Of a stretch of 64,000 nt of DNA, positions 14,790 to 28,344 are shown piece by piece (the stretch's first letter is position 1; every line of letters begins with the position of its first letter). Made by a program: the position numbers and the translations under genes. The notes under the pieces were generated by a model. That model saw only the letters and a list, made by a program, of their open reading frames with translations. It searched no databases and had not been told where the DNA came from. Source of the DNA: Octopus sinensis. Its lineage: Eukaryota. The stretch spans positions 64,108,001 to 64,172,000 of the forward strand of contig NC_042999.1 in the NCBI RefSeq assembly GCF_006345805.1, in the 5' to 3' direction.

Positions 14790-14950
14790 ACGGGAAAGTT
14801 TACGAAAATAAACAAAAGACGAAGGCAGGTGGTGTACAAACAAACAGATGTATTAGTATAGCGCTCAGGAATAGAAAAGTTCTTTTACGTTTCGGGCCTA
14901 CGCTCTTCCACAGAAAGATACCCAGAAAAAAACAAGGAGAGAAAAAAAAT
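14790..14950 (-). mobile_element. Penelope-like terminal repeat fragment (second family), nested in a SINE-B internal microsatellite
   Basis: Homologous to 56385-56520 and, as reverse complement, to 60298-60478; carries a minimal hammerhead; splits the SINE at its (TA)n tract. Confidence 0.6.
14881..14918 (-). ncRNA. Minimal hammerhead variant (A6 to U), second copy
   Basis: UCUUU / CUGUGGA + A / GAGC-GUAG-GCCC / GAA / ACGU / A / AAAGA; one stem II mismatch. Confidence 0.5.
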
Positions 14951-15301
14951 ATATATGTGTGTGCGTGTGTGTTTGTCTCCCCACCATCGCTTGATAACCA
15001 ATACTAGTGTGTTTACGTCCCCGTAACTTAACGGTTCGGCTAAAGAGACCGATAGAATAAGTACTGGGCTTACAAAGAATAAGTCCTGGGGTCAATTTGC
15101 TCGACTAAAAGCGGTGCTCCAGCATGGCCACAGTCAAATTACTGAAACAAGTAAAGGAGTAAAAGGGTTGTGGTTGTTTTTGACTGAATCATCACAGAGA
15201 AAACATATTGAATAATGGCGTTCCAGTTGTGACCAACCCGCCTTTTCGTTACAGACAGTGTATCTACAACTACATTATACATCAGAAATTCATACGTCTG
15301 T

Positions 15302-15379
<78 letters not shown>

Positions 15380-16019
15380 TTGTCTCCCCACCATCGCTTG
15401 ACAACCGATGCTGGTGTATTTACGTCTCCATAACTTTGCGGTTCGGCAAAAAAGAGACCGATAGAATAAGTACTAGGCTTACCAAGAATAAGTCCTGGAG
15501 TAGATTTGCTCGATTAGAGGCGGTACTCCAGCATGGTCGCAGTCAAATGACTGAAACAAAAGAAGTAAAAAAGAATACTGTCAATAACGAAGACTTAAAA
15601 ACCAATAGATTCTGTGCTACTGTTTGCAATTATTTACCCTTTTTAGCCATTGTAAGCAGCAAGACCGTTGCGCAATTGGCTCAAATTGATCTAGTATACA
15701 TAATTCTATATCTTTCCATTTTTTTTTTGTTTACCGTAGAGCTTGACGTTAGAGTTTGTTGCTATTACTAGTGTGTAAAGCGACCGTGTAAAGAATACAG
15801 ACATTAAAAACTAACTGCGCCTTTCAAAAGATAAACAAATGCAGACGATATGTTTTTCAGATTCCTTAAATGTTGTTGTCAATGAAATGACTTGTATAGT
15901 AAACTATTACCATCTACCATTCACAACAGATACTGCATAAAACCACTGCATTTCCTATGTTCACATATTTCACATATCCGGTTTTTAAGTCAACAGCTGT
16001 TGGATGTACTCATATTTGT

Positions 16020-16073
<54 letters not shown>

Positions 16074-16175
16074 ACCTTGATGATGAATGAGTCAGCCCCT
16101 TTAGAACATAAGAGTCAACGTTGGCCGTCATCTTTCGTGCGTGTTAGCTACCATGTTTTAAACGAGATTATTTAT

Positions 16176-16327
16176 TTTTCTTTTACTTGTTTCAATCATT
16201 GGACTGCGGCCATGTTAGGGCACTGCCTCGAAGGGTTTAGTGGAACAAATTGACCCAAGTACTTTTTTTTTAAAGCCTGGTATATATTCTATCGGTCACA
16301 TTTGCCGAACTGCTAAGTTACGGAGGT
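16176..16327 (-). mobile_element. SINE-B tail fragment
   Basis: Reverse complement of the tail. Confidence 0.7.
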
Positions 16328-16446
16328 GGGCATAAACAAGCTATATTTTATTGATGGGATAATGGAAATTTGTGACAGCCATGCCTTTGACATAAGACAT
16401 TTGCGCCTTATGAAGTGACGAGCAAAACGCCCCACCCCCGTCCAAT

Positions 16447-16553
16447 GGAGGCAAAGTCGACCTCGGCGGAATTTGAACTCAGAACGTAAAGAGAGACGAA
16501 AAACTGCTAAGCATTTCGCCCGGCGTGCTAACGTTTCTGCCAGCTCGCCGCTT
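16447..16553 (-). mobile_element. SINE-A head fragment
   Basis: Head plus start of central domain. Confidence 0.75.
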
Positions 16554-17207
16554 TCACAGTTTCTATCTACCAATTTCCCGCCCAAGGTATTGGTTGGCTA
16601 TAGTAGAGGATATTTACAGAAGATGCCGAGTAGTAGGACTAAAGCAAAAACCCCGTAGTTGCAAAACTATCTTAACCACAAAACCGTGCCTAAACAACAT
16701 AAGTGCAACACTGATAACACAAGATTCAATCTCTACAGGAAAAAAGCATGTGTGCTCCATCCGATCAATTTCTAGTTTCCTTACACCTTCATCAGAAAAC
16801 AAATTATCTCCTGTCTACGGAGAAATCAGTGGCTTATAAAGACCGTATATACTGGTGTATAAGACGCACTTTTTAAATTTCTAAATGTATCAAAATTTTA
16901 CCCTGAGTCTACTGGGTCAACACGTCAAAAAGCAGACCGACTGCCGTGGGCTTGTGAGTCGGATAAACGTAAATCTGCTTGGCACAATAATTGTCGCTAA
17001 TAGAAAAAAATATTGAAAAACAAGGCTAAATATCAGTCGTTTAGCAAAAACTGACGAAAAATTCCTCGTTACATCCGCAGTTATGTAGGGGGAAAGCGCT
17101 TCATCTCATAATACTTCCTTCCTCATAAAACCATATTAATTAATGTATCTGTAACCTTTAAGAAATATTTGTTATTAATTGTCTAAAGGAAAAACTCATA
17201 CTAAATT

Positions 17208-17411
17208 ACGGAGATGTACTTGCGTAGCGAGTGACTTGATCTGAGATCGTGTGCTGGAACGAAAACAATTGCAGCGTGGAAGGTGTTTATAAGCCATTTA
17301 AGAAACACACAAAAACCGTTAGATTCACTTCAATATTTAAATTTAATTTGTGAAAATATTTTCGTCACTTTGAGACCGCAACCTGTTCACTGACAAAACT
17401 TCATGCTGCAT
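17208..17411 (-). mobile_element. Single copy of the same Penelope-like repeat
   Basis: About 200 bp closely matching 45059-45252 (acggagatgtacttgc...tgacaaaacttc). Confidence 0.7.
17347..17397 (-). ncRNA. Third copy of the G3-C8 minimal hammerhead
   Basis: Same core; stem II GUUGC/GUGAC keeps pairing through two G-U wobbles; one mismatch in stem I. Confidence 0.55.
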
Positions 17412-18522
17412 TTTGTTTCATAAAATATCCTTGTATAGTAGGGGTGCATCGTATACATCAACATATATCATATTCATAGTGTAAGCAAATTAATATGGGT
17501 ATTCTTTCACTGATAAAAGATTTAAGACTAGAAACTAGCAAGATCGTCCCATATTTTCTGGCCACAATGAATCAAAACCATGTGGTACAATGTTTAGTTT
17601 TCATAACAATAGTAACATTACATGTTAGTTATAAAAGATATACCGTACATCTTTGAGATTTAAGAGTTTCTTTTGCAAAATTCGAGCCAGTTGCACAAAC
17701 AAAATGACATGGCTTCTTTGTTTAATTCAGTATAGCTCTTGGAATTTATGGATATCCGAATTATTTGTGAGCACATATGTATGCGTTTGTCTGCATTTTT
17801 ATAGTGAGTATCCTTATCAGCTTAGTACGAAAGTGTATATACTTTATTGCTGTTTATGTGCGTATGTGTCTGTGTACATATTTCATATGTACGCAGTGCC
17901 ATCTTAAACAATGAGCACATTAGGCAATTGCCCGGGGCCTAACGGGTCTAGGATCCCAAATTCTGATCTATATATGCTGTGATTTCCCTGTAAATAGATA
18001 TATAATATAGAGCCTAGTACATCGATTTGCCCAAGGGCCTATAATTTTGTAAAGACATGTATGACTGTATGCATGCATGTATGTATGTATGTATGTCGAA
18101 ACTGAAGCTCTACTCCACCGCCATTCTGAATTTTGCGTCTTTCTGCTTTTAACCGCAGTGATGCGACGGAGAAGCCATTTCCCCATTTCGAATAAAATGA
18201 ATAAACCCTACAGTACATTCAAGCGCGCGCCCGCGTGAATGTTGTTTGTGTGCATGCGTGCGTAAACGATTTCGGCGTGTTGTTTTGTAAGATAGACATT
18301 AAATCGGAAACGTCACTGTCTACAACATATTTTTGTTATGTGTGTGTGTGTGTGTGTGTGTGTGTGATATGTTATTCTTTCGTTTCGATTCTAAAAAGCA
18401 AAAACAAAAAACAAAACGTAAACATAAAAGAAACAAAATATAAAGTCAACAAAATATACTCTTAAATATCTTCTCTGGCTAGTTCCTGTATCACTGCTGT
18501 CTATCACACATACACACACATT

Positions 18523-18523
<1 letters not shown>

Positions 18524-18571
<48 letters not shown>

Positions 18572-18580
18572 TATATATAT

Positions 18581-18623
<43 letters not shown>

Positions 18624-18705
18624 GTGTGTGTGTGTATATATATGCATATGTATATATATATATATATATTCACATAAAAAATCTTGCACAACAAATATTT
18701 AAACG

Positions 18706-18750
<45 letters not shown>

Positions 18751-19145
18751 GTATGTATATATATGCATATTTATATGTATGTATATATATATGTATGTAT
18801 ATATATATGCATATGTATATATATATAGCAGTCTATGTATATATGCATATGATAATCTATATATGCATAATATATATATATATGCATATGTATATATATA
18901 TATATGTAATATAATATATATATGCATATGTATATATATATGCTATATATGCATATATATATATATATATATGCATATATATATATATGCATATATATAT
19001 ATATGCATATATATATATGCATATATATATATATGCATATATATATATATATGCATATATATATATGTATATATATATGCATATGTATATATATATATAT
19101 ATGTATTATATATGCATATGTATATATATATATATGTATATATGC

Positions 19146-19184
<39 letters not shown>

Positions 19185-19475
19185 TATGTATATATATATA
19201 TAATATGTATATATATATGCATATGTATATATATATGCATATATATATATGTATATATGCATATGTATATATATATGCATATATATACATATATGTATAT
19301 ATGCATATGTGTATATATATGCATATATATATATATATGTATATATGCATATGTATATATATATATGCATATATATATATATATATATAATGCATATGTA
19401 TATATATATATGCATATTATATAATATATGCATATGTATATATATATATGCATATGTATATATATATATGCATAG

Positions 19476-19527
<52 letters not shown>

Positions 19528-19710
19528 TTATATATATATAATGCATATGTATATATATATGCCATATGTATATATTATATATATTATATATATATATATA
19601 TATAGCATATGTATATATATATGCATATGTATATATATATATTATATATATATATATATGCATATGTATATATAATGCATATGTATATATATATATATAT
19701 ATATATATGC

Positions 19711-19742
<32 letters not shown>

Positions 19743-19905
19743 GCATAGTATAATATAATATATATATGCATATGTATATATATATATTATATATATATAT
19801 ATATATATAAACATATACATACATATATATATGCATATATACACACATATATATATATATATACATATATATATACACGCACACATACATGCATACATAT
19901 ACATA
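18524..19905. repeat. Compound (TC)n / (TA)n / ATGCATAT(G) satellite
   Basis: About 1.4 kb; explains all ORFs called here. Confidence 0.95.
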
Positions 19906-20612
19906 AATTTGCAGCTGGCCTGTTCGGATATGTAAATTAGCTAGCAAAAACTTCGAATGCGTCAGCAGAAATTTGGTAAACAGAGTCCAACAGAAGGCAA
20001 AATATTTCTCTGTTTTACATGTCAAGTTTCATTCCGGGACACTTGTTTTCTCTTTTCCGCTGTATTTTATTTAATTTTGTTCCTCCATTTCGTGTTGCAA
20101 AACTTGTAGATCTTGTCAATGCCCTCCAAGAACGAAAGCAGTATCCTTGTTACTTAAATATCTAAGTGTGATTAATATCTAAACGCCTCAGTTAATTACA
20201 TTCCCGTAAAACTTGTAAACTTTCAAGCTCTTAACCTCTTCTTTATTCAGGCTATTAACCTCTTCTTTCGATCGGTTGATTGCCAGTCGTCATCAGTTGT
20301 TTTATTCTTTGATATGTAAATACTGTCAGGCTCTGCTTTATCTGAACTCACGAACTTTGTAGATATTTGTTGGCGGGAACATCCACCAAATAACAAGGTC
20401 TCTGTTTACTGTCAATTAGAATCTTAGCCTGGTTGGAGGTTTCAGTTCAAGGTTTAGGCTCAATTAGTTGATGGTTCCTTATCCTTGTATTCTTTTCTAC
20501 AATCACCATGTAAAACTGACCAACCAATGGTAACAGTAGTTAGAATTCCTTGATATTGAGTAAGAAAGGGTGAATCGCCACATCGTTTGCTCATAGGACT
20601 AAATACCGCTTT

Positions 20613-20660
<48 letters not shown>

Positions 20661-21083
20661 AAGGCGCAGGAGTGGCTGTGGTAAGTAGCTTGCTTACCAC
20701 CACATGGTTCCGGGTTCAGTCCCACTCCATGGCACCTTGGACTAGTGTCTTCTACTATAGCCTCTGGTCGGCCAAAGCCTAGTGAGTGGATTTGGTTGAC
20801 GGAAACTGAAAGAAGCACGTCGTATATATATATATATATATATATTAATATATATATATATATATATATGTATATATGCGTGTGTGTCTGTGTTTGTTCC
20901 CCCACCATCATTTGACAACCGATGCTGGTGTGTTTGCGTCCCCGTAACTTAGCGGTTCGGCAAAAGAGACTGATAGAATAAGTACTAGGCTTACAAAGAA
21001 TAAGTCCTGGGGTCGATTTGCTCGACTAAAGGCGGTGCTCCAGCATGGCCGCAGTCAAATGACTGAAACAAGTAGAAGAGTAA
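20661..21083 (+). mobile_element. SINE-B, full length
   Basis: Complete structure. Confidence 0.9.
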
Positions 21084-21721
21084 ATATACATATATATATA
21101 TATATATATCATCCTCATCAGCGTCTCCGTCATCATCACAAAGTCCCCGTCGTTGTCAACATCCTCATCGTCTCCGTCGTGGTCGTCATCCATATAACTG
21201 TCCCTTTCTCCAGCATCATTTCGATCATTATCCTGACTCCTTTTTTCTGTAATTATTGTTGTTATTATTTGCTATTCTTATCATCAAAGAACAGATTTTT
21301 CACATAAATCAACGTCTCTAAGCAAATTCCAAATTCCTGTTTTCCCATAACTCTAAAGTTTCGTGCCTAATTAGGAAATAATTTCCTTTAATTCAATGAA
21401 TTACATTACGTTCACTGTCTCCACCAAGATATCAAAATCAAACGACGACGACGACGACGACGGTGATGATGTTGGAACTCATTTTGCTTTGTCTTGTTTT
21501 TCGAGTGTTTTTATTTTTATATTTTAGTTTCCTTTGAATTTATTTATGTATTTATTTATTTATTTTTCTCTCTGTGTAAGTTTGTGCTTGTCACAACACG
21601 AAACAGTATTAATGAATGATATTAGACGAGAAAAGACAACAACAACAAGGCACACAAACGAAATAGCTACTTCCACTCTCCACCCCATCCATATTCTCCC
21701 CCCACCCAATAATTTAACTGA

Positions 21722-21760
<39 letters not shown>

Positions 21761-22115
21761 GAGTGAGAGAGCAGTGCATGCCATCAAAGTGACACTGGGG
21801 TAAAATATACGAAGCCCAGTATACCCATCATGACTACCCGTCTGATAAGGGTACACTAGGCACATGCATCACAACCATATGTGCGCGACATGGTGATCTC
21901 ATATCAAAATAAACAGCACATGACCTTGCAGGTGGGGCCCAGTTAGAATTTTCTTCAGGTCGAGTAACCCATCCCACTCGAAAGGTCCCTGAATAAGGGT
22001 TGTTTAAGGATGTTGAACGAAACACCCATGTTTCCAGAGGTGAATTATTCAAACCCCCAAAGAATCCCTCTCAACACATGGCTATGATGCTCCCCCACTA
22101 CTTCTGCTCGTGATC
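21761..22115 (-). mobile_element. 5'-truncated retroposed repeat with (TAA)n tail (family E)
   Basis: Closely similar to 62049-62400; preceded by (TTA)n. Confidence 0.7.
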
Positions 22116-23203
22116 GCGAGACAAATGGTATCATTCCAGGTTTACAATCTTGTTACTATTTAACCCAGCAGGCCAATGACTGATCTAATGGCTATAGTAA
22201 AATATACTTGCCCAACCACGCAGTGAGACTGAACCCGAAACCATGTAATTGATAAGCAAACTTCTTACTATATTAGCTATGTCAGTACCTGTTTTTTCTT
22301 TTTCTTTTTTTTTTTTTGTTATTATCAGTTACCCAGAGATTGGTATAATAAACAATCAGTCACATACTGGTGTCGATAAATTGGTCTATATCCTTCCTAA
22401 AGACCAAAACCTTGGGCCTAACTTAGTAATATTTGGATTCTTTCTAGTTCCCCATTGTGACATCTTCATCTCCTTTTGATCACTAACCTTGAAAGAGGCA
22501 TCAACCCCACAACATCTCAAATTTTCTCCCAAACCAAATAACAAGTCATAACTTTAGAAAACAAAATACAAGCTGTTGTTTTTACTTGGAAGCAACAAGT
22601 TAGCCTTGACAAAGCAGTCACTGACTAAAAAACCTTTTACTTCCTTTTAAGACCTCATTATCGAATTTATCTTTTCTTATTTGTGGCATGATGTGAGAGA
22701 GATTTAGCTGCTATCTCTATTAGGTCAATCGTCTACGTAGAAGCTCCCATGCTTCCTTGTATTAGGTTTCTTTTGTATTACTTATGATGCACGGCAGTGG
22801 TACATCCTCTGAAAACCCGTATCTGTAGTACGGTTTCGATTTCTCTTGCAAACTGACCCATTTCGTTGACGTCCCCTTAGGGATCTTGGATAAAAGGCGT
22901 CGTTATCGTTGTAACTCACAACCAGTCTTAACAATTCCACCGTCTCTGTCTCTTAAAAATCTCGTGTCTGTTACCGCTCCTCCTTCGGCATTGTTGATAT
23001 CGAGCAGTCCTGCAATCTATTTTCTTACATCACACAAACACGTATAATATGCACACCAATTTAAAAACCATACATACATACATACCATAACATGTGGCAT
23101 TTGAAAAAAGCAACGCTTGATGTTGTATGTTACAACATAGCTTGGTGTTAGATGGTTCATAGTCTGCATAGCATTTACCACCATCTTTGTTACCAGTATT
23201 TTC

Positions 23204-23235
<32 letters not shown>

Positions 23236-23637
23236 CATCATCTTATAGGTTACACAACTAAAGAAATTTTCAAACTTCCATTTAATCTAAAGGCATACAT
23301 ACGATAGCATACGCATCATCCACGTATACTCACAGACATACAAAACATACACACATTTACACATCACTCTCTCACTCAGACACACACACACAGTTTACAT
23401 ATTCGTACATATTTTCACACATACACGCAATTACATTCACACTCGTATATATGATTACACATACAAGAAGATACAAACGCATTCATATATATGGTTACAG
23501 ATACAAAGAAATACGCACTCATATAAAGTCTCTTACAGAGATTTTTATAACTAGCTTCTTTGCTTGTTGCAAGATCAGCGGCTGAATGCCGCTTGAATTT
23601 CTATATATTGTGAACAGAAGCGAGTTACTGCCATTTC

Positions 23638-23713
23638 TAGCCGACGAGGTGTCCAGCACTGAGGAAGAGCAGAAACAGCTCGAAACCAAGCTGGTCTACT
23701 GGTCCTGTCGCTA
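23638..23713 (+). ncRNA. Extended type I hammerhead ribozyme
   Basis: Core CUGAGGA (23659-65) + extra A; stem II GAGC/GCUC with loop AGAAACA; GAA; stem III ACCA/UGGU; GUC triplet (C17 = 23696). Proximal stem I CCAGCA/UACUGG has one C-A mismatch; internal loop; distal stem UAGC(C)GAC(G)AGG/CCUGUCGCUA. Confidence 0.8.
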
Positions 23714-23889
23714 AGTGGTAGGGGTTCGCTCCTTTGCTCTCAATATATCGGATGCAGGATGCATCCTTAATCAGCTAGAGGAAATACCCTCTCGGGGTTA
23801 AAAAAATCACAGAAACATCCGTTCGAACGGAATAGCCATGTTGAAGTGGCGACAAACATTACTATATATATATATATAAAATGTATGTA

Positions 23890-24162
23890 TGTGGAGGCGC
23901 AATGGCCCAGTGGTTAGGATCGCGGTTTCGATTCCCAGACCGGGCGTTGTGTATGTTTATTGAGCGAAAACACCTAAAAAGCTCCACGAAGCTCCAGCAG
24001 GGAGTGATGGAGACCCCTGTTATACTCTTTCGCCACAACTTTCACTCTCTTTCTCTTCTTATTTCTTGAGTAACGCTGCGACGGACTGGCGTCCCGTCGA
24101 GCTGGGGGGACGCATACGCCACAGAAACTGGGCCCATGAACCTGGCTAGGCTTGAAAAGGGT
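23890..24162 (+). mobile_element. SINE-C, tail type 2
   Basis: Same head and body; distinct 3' region. Confidence 0.8.
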
Positions 24163-24172
24163 AATGTTTATC

Positions 24173-24213
<41 letters not shown>

Positions 24214-26408
24214 CATGCTCAGATACATACACATTTATGCGTTCACAGCAAGCAAACTCACAGCTAAGTCAAAATCTTGTCAGTTCACGCTTGTTTAGCT
24301 TCGATAACAACGCAAAATATTTTTTTTAATTATGGTTGCAAAGATAAGACAATGGAGCACTGTACTACAAGTATTACAATAATTAGTTTTTCCACTATTT
24401 AGTTCCAATTCAAATTTCGTCTGAGCCGATTTATTAAAATAAGTACCAGGCATTTATTTGGGTCACTTAATCTCCTCCAATCAGTCCATGCAAAATTCAG
24501 CCATTGGTACCAGATCAATCCAGTTAACATTCAGACCATAAACCAGTTATGAATAGATAGATACCAGACCAATATGATGAGCTCTTAGATAGCATTCTAC
24601 CCGGGTGTTATGTTTAGGTAGAAGAAAATAGTTAAACTTCAGATCACAGGAACCGGTTCCAAATCAGTCTAATTGATACACACATGTATATACACAAACG
24701 AACAAATAAATATATATAATTTATATATATAATCTATGACGGCCTTCGTATAGTTTTCGTCTGCCAAATTCGCTCACAAGGCATTAATCAGAACGAGGCT
24801 ATAGTAGGCGTTTTAGACACACACAGTGGGACTAAACCGGAGACCACGTGCTTGCGAAACAGTCTACCAGTCCAGTCCAGTCCGCCAATTGGTTCAAGAA
24901 TAACCTTCAAATAAATCTCGGATCACAGTCCAGTTATTTATCAGGAATAAGCTACTATATCAATGGGATCAAAGCTCAGTCCACAGTCTCTCAAACTGTT
25001 CGCCAAGCTGTGAAGGACAGGCACAAGACCAAATCTTGTACTTACGTGCAAACTGCGGACCGCGAGACTATTCTGAAATTTTTTAGTAATACAGCCCACT
25101 TGATGATGAGATCTGTTTATGCGACCCGCTCCTCGAAGAAAGTTTCCCCTTGATCTAGACCCTTGAATTTAAGATTACAGTTCACCTGGCTGTCAAAAAT
25201 AGGGATCAAATCGATATGGTTAGCCATCGTACAGTCCACTCATCATTCCATATAATTGCCAGCCTGGATCAGTTTCAGACTTCAGTACACCTCGCTAAGA
25301 ATAAGTACCTGATTACCCAGTTAATCTTAAACAATTCACCTAACTCGGATATAGGTACCTTAGTTATCTTGTCATTAGATATAGATTTTGGTTCTGCTTA
25401 TAAACTATTTTTCCAGCACAGAATATATATCTTCGACAACGTGAACTTTCTCGAGCACACGAGACTCCCATAATACAGACATGCTACATTTAATTTATCG
25501 CACACCCTAGAACAATAGACTCAATTGATTGGCATGTAAAGATATAAAACAATGAATCATCAGCTATATTGATTTAAGAAACATTTATGCTATTTATAGG
25601 TGAACTAAGAGAGTAAGTCATTATAGGGATTCGAACCGGGGCTGCAGACTAGGTTCACTACGACATTCCTTCAAGGGAAAAAATAAAGATGCAATACTAA
25701 CAAAATATCGTGACCTATTTTTACTAGAATTCTCAGCTAGATCAGTTTAAGTTAGCTTTACCAAGTCGTTAGCATTATCCAATTTGTAACAAAAAAGAAC
25801 AAATGTACAGAAACCGGAAGTAATATGGCGTGAACAGGAAGTAATAAGGCGTGAGACCTATAAAAAAAGCTTACTGTGTAGTTTTTTTTCCCAAAAGAAT
25901 GATGCATAGGGGGTTTCGTTTTATATTTTAAGGGATCGTATAAACAGTAGCATTGAATATAATCCTAGGGGACAGACATAAATGACGAAGAAAGCCATTA
26001 AAAATACAAACAATGAACATAGAATAAGGTTTATTTTTCAGCTAGGCTAGGGCGGCTATTCATTAAGAATGTAAGTCAATTATATTCAAGTCGAAATTTG
26101 TCTCCCACTTGTTCATTTGGCCATTGAATTTACTATGTATATCCCAGATCTTTCATCAATGACATTTCTAAATAAGGAAAGATTGAATTAACTCATTTCC
26201 TTTAAACACACACACAAACAAACACACACACACAAACACACACACACAGTGAGGGGTAGAAAAGGAAACACACCATAAGAATGTTTAGGAAGTTTGATAT
26301 TAAGAAGGAGCAAAAAGTAAATTTGATTTGCCTCCCACAGGCTATTAGTCAGTCACTCAGTGGATTAGTGTAGTTATTCGGAAGTATTTCATTATCTTGA
26401 CCTTCAAT

Positions 26409-26580
26409 CAGTGGCGTAGCTAGGGTGCGTGCCACTCGGAGCAGCCCTTGAGGTTGACACTGAGGAGTCGGTGTCTATATAGCCTATACAAGCTTATACA
26501 GTAGACTCAAAAGTGTCGCCCCTATAAACTCGACGCCCGGGTTGGACCTTCCCTCTTTGTACCTTCTAGTTACGCCACTG
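26409..26580. mobile_element. hAT-like MITE
   Basis: TIRs cagtggcgtagctag / ctagttacgccactg; flanks ccttcaat / tcttctat (6 of 8 match). Confidence 0.65.
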
Positions 26581-26737
26581 TCTTCTATTAGTATCAGATA
26601 CAATGTCCTTCAAAGCTAACAACATCTGGGGTCGCTACCCCTGACAAGTATAGTGTGACCGTTGGTGTTTACACATTAAGTCTCCCCTTAAATCTGGAGC
26701 AGCACTAAGAAGATTCCTCTAGAATTCTCAGTTATTT

Positions 26738-27147
26738 ATTTCCTTATTGCCCACAGGGGGATAAACATAGAGGAGACAAACAAGGACAGACAAAGGGATT
26801 AAGTCGATAACACTAACCCTAACCCCAGTGCGTAACTGGTACTTATTTAAACGAACCCGAAAGGATGAAAGGCAAAGTCGACCTCGGCGGAATTTGAATT
26901 CAGAACGTAGCGGCAGACGAAATACCTATTTCTTTACTACTCACAAGGGGCTAAACACAGAGAGGACAAACAAGGCCAGACAAACGGATTAAGTCGATTA
27001 CATCGACCCCAGTGCGTAACTGGTGCTTATTTAATCGACCCCGAAAGGATGAAGAGCAAAGTCGTCCTCGGCGGAATTTGAACTCAGAACGTAACGGCAG
27101 ACGGAATACCGCCAAGCATTTCGCCCGGCGAGCTAACGCTTCTGCCA
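26738..27147 (-). mobile_element. SINE-A dimer
   Basis: Two units joined at 26926/26927. Confidence 0.85.
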
Positions 27148-27531
27148 TTTTCTCACTGGAAGAACCCTCGGGGACATGTGTATCAACTGATAAAACTGGT
27201 TCCAGTATATCCCCTTTGCGCCCTTATTATTCTATCTCTACAATTATGTTTAGATATATAAATCCCATGCTCTAAACGGATACCAATTTTTTGCCTGTTC
27301 ATTATTTCTTCCTACAATGTGTCTATGTGTGGTGTGTGGTGTGTGTACGTATACACGACAGGCGTCCTTATAGTTTCCATCTGTCAAATTCATTCACAAA
27401 TTATTGCTCAACCGGGAGCTGTTGTACAAGACATTTGCAACAGTTGCCGCATTGTGGGGCTAAGCACGAGACTACTTAAGTGCTTGCGAACCAAATTTCT
27501 TAATCCTACTGCAACGTCTGCACAGACACAT

Positions 27532-27568
<37 letters not shown>

Positions 27569-28344
27569 GCGACTCCAGGTCATCGGCGTCTCACTCGGAC
27601 TCATCACAGAATTCGCATAAGACACGTATAAAAGAAGGTAAAAGTCTTATATGTGCACTGATAATTTAACAATAAGACATAAATATAGTTTTAATATGTC
27701 TTTCTCTATTTCTAAATTAAGGGTAAAAATAAAGCGACCCTGCAAGACATAACTGATCTTTACACAAAGAGCACACAATAACAGCAATCAAATAACGACA
27801 ATGAGGAGCACAACAACCAACAACGATCTGACAGTCGCCTGTACTCTTGACAAGAGATGACAGTTGGTCTTTAACACCGACCAGGCTCGTTCATATTAAC
27901 CTGAGTTACTGGATAATTTTTCGTTCCTTTAAGAATATTGTAGAGCAAAAACTTTTCATAGATTGGAATTTAAATCCTAATCTCTTAATAAATTTGTTGT
28001 TTCAAGAAGACATTGAATTTGAATTACTTTTGATTTTTACGATTATAGATAACAACTCGGGCTGTAACTTCTGAGCACGAGTCAGGCGTGTGTAAACGAT
28101 GTCGAGAGAACGTCTGCTACGAATGATATTTTTTGACTCAAGGTACCTTTAAGACGGCCGTCAGACGCTGAACGAAAGTAAATGAACTGCGACCTGGCGC
28201 AATAAAAAGAGCCCAAGTTATTGGTTGCAATTACATACTTCAAGTCAGTGTTGGCAGAAATTAAGTCAGCTTGCAAATAAACGTTTACTTTACTAAATTT
28301 ATGCTCCGGTTAAGCCCGAACAGCCCAAGTGCCGGAACAGCGCC

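Larger units (their letters stand above)
14635..15572 (+). mobile_element. SINE-B (14635-15164, interrupted) and a 5'-truncated SINE-B (15293-15572)
   Basis: Homology to 12857-13301. Confidence 0.85.
16843..17470. mobile_element. Old Tc1/mariner-type MITE containing the Penelope-like insertion
   Basis: Left TIR ccgtatatactggtgtataagacgcac; degenerate right TIR gtgcatcgtatacatcaacatatatca. Confidence 0.45.

Noticed and set aside
17894-18060. hAT MITE (cagtgccatctt...); also 30370-30495
   Set aside because: Only one terminus recognisable; no TSD.
18491-20025. Long ORFs up to 289 aa (YIYI/CVCV type), and the similar ORFs at 6.5-7.0, 33.4-33.8, 47.2-47.5, 52.0-53.0, 55.4-55.7 and 63.0-63.5 kb
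   Set aside because: Translations of stop-free dinucleotide microsatellites; no coding signal.
26814-26826. Telomere (ctaaccctaaccc)
   Set aside because: Only two units, inside a SINE; not a terminal array.
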